Shown: in pieces, positions 43,403 through 50,006 of the stretch | How the letters are laid out: each line of letters opens with the position of its first letter | Numbering within the stretch: position 1 is the stretch's first letter | NCBI GenBank assembly: GCA_016930535.1 | Contig: JAFGGN010000117.1 | Location: forward strand, 1 to 50,006 | Direction of reading: 5' to 3' | Length of the DNA stretch: 50,006 nt | Source: a bacterium | GTDB taxonomy: Bacteria > Zhuqueibacterota > QNDG01 > JAFGCO01 | Position numbers and translations under genes: made by a program | The notes under the pieces: model-generated | Told to the model about the DNA's origin: nothing | What the model saw: only the letters and a program-made list of their open reading frames with translations | Databases searched by the model: none

Positions 43403-46400
43403 ATGAAAATTATCGATATATCCATACGCCGGCACGTCACCATCGCCATGTTCACCCTGGCCGTGATTCTGTTCGGCCTGGTCGGTTTTTCCCGCCTGAG
43501 GATGAATCTGCTGCCCGAACTGTCCTATCCGACCATCACGGTGCGCACCGATTATCCGGGCGCCGCGCCCGCGGAAATCGAGAACCTGATCTCGAAGCCC
43601 GTGGAAGAGGCCCTGGGCGTGGTGAAAAACGTGAACCGCGTGCATTCCATTTCCAGGTCCGGCCAGTCCGACGTGCTGCTCGAGTTCGTCTGGGGTACGG
43701 ATATGGATTACGCGGGTCTGGACGTTCGCGAAAAACTGGATGTGCTGCAGCTGCCCCTGGACGTACAGCGCCCGGCCATTCTGAGATTCGATCCGTCCCT
43801 GGATCCCATTCTCCGGTTCGGATTTTACCGCAGGAATCCGCAGGATACGCTCGCAGCCGGAAATCCCGGGGACAGTTTCGACGAGGAGGGCCTGAAATAC
43901 CTGCGGCGTTTCGCCGAGGAGGAAATCAAGAAGGAACTGGAAGCGGCCGTGGGCGTGGCCGCGGTGAAGATCAGCGGCGGGCTCGAGGATGAAATCCAGG
44001 TGCTGATCGACCAGCAGAAACTGGCCCAGTTGAAGATACCCGTATCCGCGCTCGTGAACCAGCTGGCCGCGGAAAACGTCAACCTGTCCGGCGGACGGCT
44101 CGAGGAGGGCACGCATCAGTATCTCGTGCGCACCATCAACCAGTTTCGATCCGTGCCCGAGATCGGGGACATCATCGTGGCGCACGAGGGACAGAAACCG
44201 GTGTACCTGAGAGACATCGCCATGGTCCGGCACGGGTACAGTGAACGGGAAGCCATCACGCGTTTTGACGGCCGTGAAGCGGTTGAAATCGCCATATACA
44301 AGGAAGGGGATGCCAACACCGTGGCCGTGGCCCGTGAAGTGGAAAAGCGGCTCGGACGCGTGCGCGGCATTCTGACCGAAGACATGGTTCTGGTCAACGT
44401 ATACGACCAGTCCAAATTCATCAATCAGGCCGTCAACGAGGTCATCTCGGCCGGAATCATCGGCGGACTGCTGGCCGTGATCATCCTCTATTTCTTTCTC
44501 CGGAATTTCTGGTCTACGGTAATCATTTCCCTGTCCATTCCCGTGTCCGTCATCGCCACGTTCAACCTGATGTACGGTGCGGATCTCAGCCTGAACATTA
44601 TGTCCCTGGGCGGCATTGCGCTGGGCGTCGGCATGCTGCTGGACAATTCCATCGTGGTGCTCGAAAACATCGCCAGGCACCGGAGCCAGGGCAAGGACGC
44701 ATTCACGGCAGCCGGAGACGGGGCAAGCGAAGTGGGCATGGCCGTCACCGCATCCACACTGACCACGGTGGCCGTGTTCTTTCCGCTGGTTTTCGTGAAA
44801 GGCATCGCCGGACAGCTCTTCCGCGACCAGGCACTCACGGTCACGTTTTCACTGCTCGCCTCGCTCGTCGTGGCCCTGACCCTGATTCCCATGCTCGCAT
44901 CGATTAAAAGGGATTCGAAACCGCCGGCCGGATCCGGACGAAAACCGGACAAACCGCCCCGGACGGCCTTCGGCCGGTTCATGAGAAAAACCGGGCACCT
45001 GCTTTTTACTACCATCCCCGCCGGACTGCTTCGCCTGATCCTCAAAGGCCTGTCGAAACTGGCCGCGGGCGCTTCTTTTCTGCTCAATCCACTGCTGAAC
45101 CGGTTTCAGTCCGGATATCAGCGCATCGAAAACCGGTACCCGGAAATCATCACATGGGCATTGAACCATCGCCGCAGCGTCATCGGCATCGCATTGGGGC
45201 TGTTCCTGCTCTCCCTTTGGATCGGTGCCAACCTGGGCGTGGAACTCATTCCCCAGCTGTCGCAGGGCGAGTTCCGCGTGGAATTCAAGCTGCCCCCGGG
45301 CACGCCTCTCGAGAAAACCGATGCGGTGATCGCCGCTATTCAGAACCGGTCGGCCGGTCTGAAGGGCGTACACACCCTGTTCTCGGTGGCAGGCACGGGA
45401 AACCGCATGAATGCCAATCCGGAAGAAGGCGGCGAAAACTGGGGCGAGTTGAACGTGGTGCTGAATTCAGGTGTCAGCCGCAGTGAGGAAAGAGCAATTA
45501 TGGACCGGATCCGGGACCACGTGGTCCAGGTGCCCGGCATTCAGTATAAATTCGGAAGACCCACGCTGTTCACGTTCAAGACGCCGGTTGAAATCGAAAT
45601 CGCGGGATATGAGCTGGACCGCCTTGGGAAGGTCAGCGCGGCCATTGTCGGGAAAATGGAGGCCTCGGACCGTTTCACGGACGTGAAGTCGACCATGGAA
45701 GGCGGGCATCCCGAAATCCAGATCTATTTCGACCGGGAACGCGCCGCAGCGCTCGGACTCGCCGTATACGAAGTGGCGGACCGCGTGGTCAGCAAGGTGC
45801 GCGGCGACATTGCCACACGCTATTCATGGCGCGACCGGAAAATAGACGTGCTCGTGCGCACGCGTGAACAGGACCGCAATTCCATCGACGGGATACGCAG
45901 ACTGATCGTGAATCCCGAAAGCGACAAGCCCGTTCCCCTGGAAGCCGTGGCAGACGTGGTGGTGGGCACGGGACCCGGCGAAATACGCCGCGTGAACCAG
46001 GAGCGGGTGGCCGTGGTTACGGCCAATCTCAGTTTCGGGGACCTCGGAGCCGCATCGAAGGAAATCGCGGATATCATCACGGCCGTACCCGTTCCGGCTG
46101 GAATCGACGTAAAACTGGCCGGCCAAAACGAAGAAATGCAGGCGTCGTTCCGTTCCCTGCAGCTCGCTCTGCTGCTGGCCGTTTTCCTGGTCTATCTCGT
46201 CATGGCTTCGCAGTTCGAATCGTTTCTCCATCCTTTCGTGATATTGTTCACCATTCCGCTGGCCCTGATCGGCGCCGTGCTCGCCCTGTGGATCACGAGC
46301 TCCACCATCAGCGTGGTGGTGTTCATCGGGCTGATACTTCTGGCCGGCATCGTGGTGAACAATGCGATCGTGCTCATCGACCTGATTAATCAGCTCAGGG

Positions 46401-46639
46401 CGCGCGGCATGAAAAAACAAGAGGCCATACTGGAAGGCGGACGATCGCGCCTGCGCCCCATACTCATGACCACCCTGACCACTGCACTGGGGCTGCTGCC
46501 CATGGCCATGGGATTCGGCGAGGGTGCGGAGGTGCGTTCTCCCATGGCCATCACCGTGATCGGCGGACTGACCGTTTCCACACTGCTCACACTCGTCGTG
46601 ATACCCGTGGTGTATTCAATGTTCGACAGAAAAGACTGA
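43403..46639 (+). CDS. RND family efflux transporter permease (HAE1 / AcrB-MdtB-like)
   Basis: 1078 aa, 12-TM RND topology. Conserved GLLPMA, VLENIAR and [11 protein letters not shown]-type motifs. Confidence 0.9.
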   Translation: MKIIDISIRRHVTIAMFTLAVILFGLVGFSRLRMNLLPELSYPTITVRTDYPGAAPAEIENLISKPVEEALGVVKNVNRVHSISRSGQSDVLLEFVWGTDMDYAGLDVREKLDVLQLPLDVQRPAILRFDPSLDPILRFGFYRRNPQDTLAAGNPGDSFDEEGLKYLRRFAEEEIKKELEAAVGVAAVKISGGLEDEIQVLIDQQKLAQLKIPVSALVNQLAAENVNLSGGRLEEGTHQYLVRTINQFRSVPEIGDIIVAHEGQKPVYLRDIAMVRHGYSEREAITRFDGREAVEIAIYKEGDANTVAVAREVEKRLGRVRGILTEDMVLVNVYDQSKFINQAVNEVISAGIIGGLLAVIILYFFLRNFWSTVIISLSIPVSVIATFNLMYGADLSLNIMSLGGIALGVGMLLDNSIVVLENIARHRSQGKDAFTAAGDGASEVGMAVTASTLTTVAVFFPLVFVKGIAGQLFRDQALTVTFSLLASLVVALTLIPMLASIKRDSKPPAGSGRKPDKPPRTAFGRFMRKTGHLLFTTIPAGLLRLILKGLSKLAAGASFLLNPLLNRFQSGYQRIENRYPEIITWALNHRRSVIGIALGLFLLSLWIGANLGVELIPQLSQGEFRVEFKLPPGTPLEKTDAVIAAIQNRSAGLKGVHTLFSVAGTGNRMNANPEEGGENWGELNVVLNSGVSRSEERAIMDRIRDHVVQVPGIQYKFGRPTLFTFKTPVEIEIAGYELDRLGKVSAAIVGKMEASDRFTDVKSTMEGGHPEIQIYFDRERAAALGLAVYEVADRVVSKVRGDIATRYSWRDRKIDVLVRTREQDRNSIDGIRRLIVNPESDKPVPLEAVADVVVGTGPGEIRRVNQERVAVVTANLSFGDLGAASKEIADIITAVPVPAGIDVKLAGQNEEMQASFRSLQLALLLAVFLVYLVMASQFESFLHPFVILFTIPLALIGAVLALWITSSTISVVVFIGLILLAGIVVNNAIVLIDLINQLRARGMKKQEAILEGGRSRLRPILMTTLTTALGLLPMAMGFGEGAEVRSPMAITVIGGLTVSTLLTLVVIPVVYSMFDRKD

Positions 46640-46655
46640 CACGCAGGATCCTGTT

Positions 46656-49600
46656 ATGGATATTACCGAATTTTCACTGAAACGCCCCATCACGATGCTG
46701 ATGATTTTCGTCTGTTTTCTGGTCATCGGTATCATTTCCAGCCGTATTCTGCCCCTGGAGTTCTTCCCGGACATCAGTTTTCCCTATATTGACATCGATC
46801 TTCCTTATCCCGGCTCCACTCCCGAGGAAACGGAGCGCCTCATCACCAGGCCCGCAGAGGAAGTGCTGGCCACGATCAGCAATATCAAGAATATGTATTC
46901 CCGGTCCGGTGAGAACGGAGGACACGTATCCCTGGAGTTCGAATGGGGTGTGGATCTCGATTTAAAAGGCCTGGAGGCCAAGGAAAAACTGGACGGTGTC
47001 CGGCACCTGTTCCCCAGGGACATGGAACGGTTTTACATAGGTAAGGCCTCTGCATCGGACTGGGAACTGATGGCCCTCCGCATCTCCAGCAACCGCGACC
47101 TGTCCAACGCCTATGACATGCTGAACCGCAATCTCAAGAGGCGGCTGGAACGCATCGAGGGTGTTTCGAGAATCAACATGTACGGTATTGAAAAAAAGGA
47201 AATCCGTATTCAGCTCGATGCCAATAAAATCATTGCCCATCATGTGGATCTGAACCGGCTTTCCGCCCTGCTCCAGCGCAGCAACTTTCAGGTGACAGCC
47301 GGAAAAATCACGGACGGTTCGAAACGATTCGTCGTGAGGCCCATCGGCCAGTTCGCGGATGTTCAGGATGTGGCGGATCTGATCGTGGCCGATCCGGACA
47401 TCCGACTGCACGATATCGCCGACGTATCTTTCGAACACCCGATCCGTGATTACGGAAGACACCTGGACGGCAAATATGCCATCGGTCTGGATGTGTTCAA
47501 GGAATCCGGCGCCAACACCGTGGAAGTGGCGGACCGTGTTACGGCGGAAATCGAGGCCATCGGCAAACTGCCTGAAATGGAGGGAATCAGCTTATTTTAT
47601 ATGGACAACGCTGCCGAAGGCATTGTCTCATCGCTTAACGAACTGCTGAATTCCGGCCTGCTGGGCGGCCTGTTCGCCATTCTCATCCTCTTTTTCTTCC
47701 TGCGCCGGCTGTCCACGACCCTGATCGTGGCACTGGCCGTGCCCTTTTCGATTTTCGTGACCCTGGCCTTCATGTATTTTCTGGGCATATCCCTGAATAT
47801 TCTCTCCATGATGGGACTCATGCTCGCCGTGGGCATGCTCGTGGATAATGCGGTCGTCGTGACCGAAAACATGCATCGGTACCAGCTGAAGCACGACGAA
47901 CAACACCATGCGATTCTCTTCGGCGCACAGGAAGTGCGGCTGGCCGTCACAGCGGGAACGCTCACCACCTGCATCGTGTTTCTGCCAAATATCATCAGCC
48001 CCAATGATGAAATGTCGCTTTATCTGAAACATGTGGGGATCACCATCTGTATCGCCCTGGGCGCTTCGCTGTTCATCGCCCAGACCGTCGTACCCCTGCT
48101 CGCCTCGAAGACCCGGCCGCCGGACAGGAGCAGGAAAACCGTGATCAACAAGCTGATGGAAAAATACCGTGCCGTGCTGCACTGGACCCTGAAACACCGC
48201 AAATGGAGCATACTGGCCTTTGTCGTGATCCTCTTCAGTGTGGCCGTGCCCATAAAGCTGGTGCCGTTCAAGATGTTCGACGAACCCGACGACCGGAAAT
48301 TCCGCCTCCATTACAACATCGAGGGCGCATATACACTGGATAAAGTGGAAGAAGCAGTGGATATCATGGAAGCCTATCTTTTCGAACACCAGGAAGAATT
48401 CGAGATCCGTTCCGTCTATTCATATTATGAGACGGACTATGCCATGTCCACCATCCTGCTCGAAAAGGGGGACAAGGCCCATAAAACCATCAAGCAAATC
48501 CAGGAGCTTGTCCGGAAGGATCTGCCGCGCCTGCCCATTGTGCGTCCGTCTTTCGAGTATCAGGACCGGGGAGGCCGCGGCGGTGAATCGGTGCAGGTGA
48601 AGCTCACGGGCAAATCCAGTGAAGAACTGGTGCTCCTGTCGAAGGATATCGCCTGGGTGCTGTCACAGATTCCGGGTCTGGTGGATGCCCGGTCCGAAGC
48701 GGAAACCGGGCATCAGGAAGTGCACGTGATTGTGGACCGCAAACGTGCGAGCCAGTACGGATTCACCACGGCAGAAATTGCAAATGTGGTATCCGCGGCC
48801 CTGCGCGGAATCAATCTGAGACGATTTCACGATGAGGAAGGGGAAATCCAGACCAGGCTGGTTTTTCAGGAAAACGACCGGCAGAATCTCGACCAGCTGC
48901 AGAACCTGCCCCTGTTCGATAAAAATAACAATCCCGTGAAACTTGCGACATTGGCGGATTTCGAGGTCCGCGGCGGTCCGAGGTCCATCCGGCGTATCAA
49001 CCGGAACACATCCCTGAACGTCATATCCAATCTGAACGGCATCAGTGTGAACGAGGCGCGAAATCGCATACAGAACGTGCTCAAGGACTACCGGTTTCCG
49101 CCCGGCTATGTCTGGAACTTCGGCGAGCGATTCGACTACGAGCAGGAAGCGCTCAACACCATGCTGTTCAACCTCGTTATGGCCCTCGTGCTTATCTATT
49201 TTCTCATGGCCGCGCTTTTCGAATCGCTGATTTTTCCGGGTGCGGTCTGGACGCAGATCATCTTTTCGGTCGTGGGTGTGTACTGGTTCTTTTTCATCAC
49301 GGGCACCACCATGTCCGTCATGGGCCTGATCGGCATTCTCATCCTGATCGGCGTGGTCGTGAACAACGGCATCGTGCTGATCGACCACGTGAACCAGCTG
49401 CGGGAGAGAGGCAAGTCCCGTGAAGAGGCCATTCTCGATGCGGGCCGGGACCGTCTGCGTCCCATTCTCATGACCGCGGGCACCACGGTGCTCAGCCTCG
49501 TGCCGCTGTGCATGGTCACCACACAGATCGGGGGCAACGGCCCGCCCTATTTCCCCATGGCCCGTGCCATTGTCGGAGGCCTCACATTCTCCACCCTGAT

Positions 49601-49688
49601 CACGCTCCTCATCCTGCCGACCATTTACATTCTGCTGGATGATCTCAGGAACTGGTTCAGAAAAATCTTCCACGCGGCAAGGATGTAA
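46656..49688 (+). CDS. RND family efflux transporter permease, second paralog (MdtC-like partner)
   Basis: 1010 aa, same architecture. Divergent from the first pump, with motifs such as VVVNNGIVLIDHVNQLR. Confidence 0.9.
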   Translation: MDITEFSLKRPITMLMIFVCFLVIGIISSRILPLEFFPDISFPYIDIDLPYPGSTPEETERLITRPAEEVLATISNIKNMYSRSGENGGHVSLEFEWGVDLDLKGLEAKEKLDGVRHLFPRDMERFYIGKASASDWELMALRISSNRDLSNAYDMLNRNLKRRLERIEGVSRINMYGIEKKEIRIQLDANKIIAHHVDLNRLSALLQRSNFQVTAGKITDGSKRFVVRPIGQFADVQDVADLIVADPDIRLHDIADVSFEHPIRDYGRHLDGKYAIGLDVFKESGANTVEVADRVTAEIEAIGKLPEMEGISLFYMDNAAEGIVSSLNELLNSGLLGGLFAILILFFFLRRLSTTLIVALAVPFSIFVTLAFMYFLGISLNILSMMGLMLAVGMLVDNAVVVTENMHRYQLKHDEQHHAILFGAQEVRLAVTAGTLTTCIVFLPNIISPNDEMSLYLKHVGITICIALGASLFIAQTVVPLLASKTRPPDRSRKTVINKLMEKYRAVLHWTLKHRKWSILAFVVILFSVAVPIKLVPFKMFDEPDDRKFRLHYNIEGAYTLDKVEEAVDIMEAYLFEHQEEFEIRSVYSYYETDYAMSTILLEKGDKAHKTIKQIQELVRKDLPRLPIVRPSFEYQDRGGRGGESVQVKLTGKSSEELVLLSKDIAWVLSQIPGLVDARSEAETGHQEVHVIVDRKRASQYGFTTAEIANVVSAALRGINLRRFHDEEGEIQTRLVFQENDRQNLDQLQNLPLFDKNNNPVKLATLADFEVRGGPRSIRRINRNTSLNVISNLNGISVNEARNRIQNVLKDYRFPPGYVWNFGERFDYEQEALNTMLFNLVMALVLIYFLMAALFESLIFPGAVWTQIIFSVVGVYWFFFITGTTMSVMGLIGILILIGVVVNNGIVLIDHVNQLRERGKSREEAILDAGRDRLRPILMTAGTTVLSLVPLCMVTTQIGGNGPPYFPMARAIVGGLTFSTLITLLILPTIYILLDDLRNWFRKIFHAARM

Positions 49689-49691
49689 ATG

Positions 49692-49950
49692 GGGTCATTG
49701 AGTCGTAGGGTCGTTGGGTCATTGGGTCGGGGCGTGAAACGGAAAGAAAAGCAATGTTGGATTTTAAATGTTGAATGAAAAGAATAAAGATGACCGCAAA
49801 GACGCAGTGGACGCAAAGAAGGAACAGAAGAGTAAAAGATTAGAAGGGAAAGAATATCAAAGTATAAACATTGCTATTTTTTGGGGATGGGTAACGGGGT
49901 CCCATACACCCATTTCCTTATATACTCTGCTATATTAAATATCAAGCGTT
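49692..49950 (-). repeat. Mosaic repeat element R9 (reverse orientation; may continue beyond the window)
   Basis: gggtcattg 9-mers, cgtgaaacgg (inverted right-arm fragment), an inverted gcagaggcg-like module, and ttttttggggatgggtaacggggtcccata (same module as in R1 and R4). Confidence 0.7.
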
Positions 49951-50006
49951 TTCTCACTGCATCCCAGAATATTTTACTACCAGCACTTTTCCGTATTGTT
50001 CCTGAC

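Noticed and set aside
42190-44680. 421-aa and 437-aa minus-strand ORFs
   Set aside because: Antisense to the MFP and RND genes. Typical high-GC antisense artefacts.
47628-49673. 253-aa and 336-aa minus ORFs and the His/Asp-rich ORFs 45824-46420 and 44849-45373
   Set aside because: Antisense to RND permease genes, with low-complexity H/D/E/G composition.
1-50006. Prophage, integrase, transposase or restriction-modification / defence islands
   Set aside because: No integrase, transposase, terminase, Cas, or RM-type ATPase, nuclease or methylase signatures were found. The only methyltransferase-like gene is a small class-I fold without a partner nuclease.

Overview
This is a bacterial chromosomal window of roughly 55-60% GC, gene-dense, with genes on both strands. 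Four large secreted proteins end in Por/T9SS-type C-terminal sorting domains (tails such as ...KIVLLK, ...KVLLLK, ...MILQK), which points to a member of the FCB superphylum; I cannot name the organism from sequence alone. Content from 5' to 3': a tRNA-His/tRNA-Glu operon with its terminator; two tandem ECF sigma / zinc-finger anti-sigma modules, each followed by a secreted protein (one DUF4097-like with eight GGGD[VL]E[IL] repeats); a U32-family peptidase; two tandem paralogous CBM9-like T9SS cargo proteins; a methyl-accepting chemotaxis protein whose sensor is two cytoplasmic PBP1 sugar-binding folds; a GH13 amylase-family enzyme; a small TM1266-like ACT-fold protein; a GH31 alpha-glucosidase with a PA14 insert; two outer-membrane/lipoproteins; an ASST-like beta-propeller T9SS protein; two aminotransferases including HisC; a ~1060-aa LamG plus glycoside-hydrolase-like T9SS protein; a TonB-dependent receptor; a low-GC islet with a small membrane ORF; a methyltransferase-like gene; an NfeD-flotillin operon; an RCK-gated two-TM ion channel with an atypical selectivity filter; a brnT/brnA toxin-antitoxin pair with a leaderless promoter and palindromic operator; and an RND efflux operon with one membrane fusion protein and two RND permeases. 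The most unusual signal is non-coding. Nearly every intergenic gap above 100 bp carries one of two repeat families. (1) A modular mosaic element in at least 9 copies per 50 kb, with ~35-bp imperfect terminal inverted repeats built on GAAACGGAGA / TCTCCGTTTC, an internal TTGACA-containing hairpin, and flanking 7-9-bp tandem microsatellite modules (GACCGCR, GTATATGG, CAAAT-period, CTTTGGT, GGGTCATTG). (2) A perfect-palindrome family (GACACCTCCGGGAGGTGTC and CTCCCAGGGAGCTYCAAGCTCCCTGGGAG) at four loci. Both look like undescribed REP/BIME/MITE-like systems. They also generate spurious ORFs and spurious N-terminal extensions in the six-frame track.
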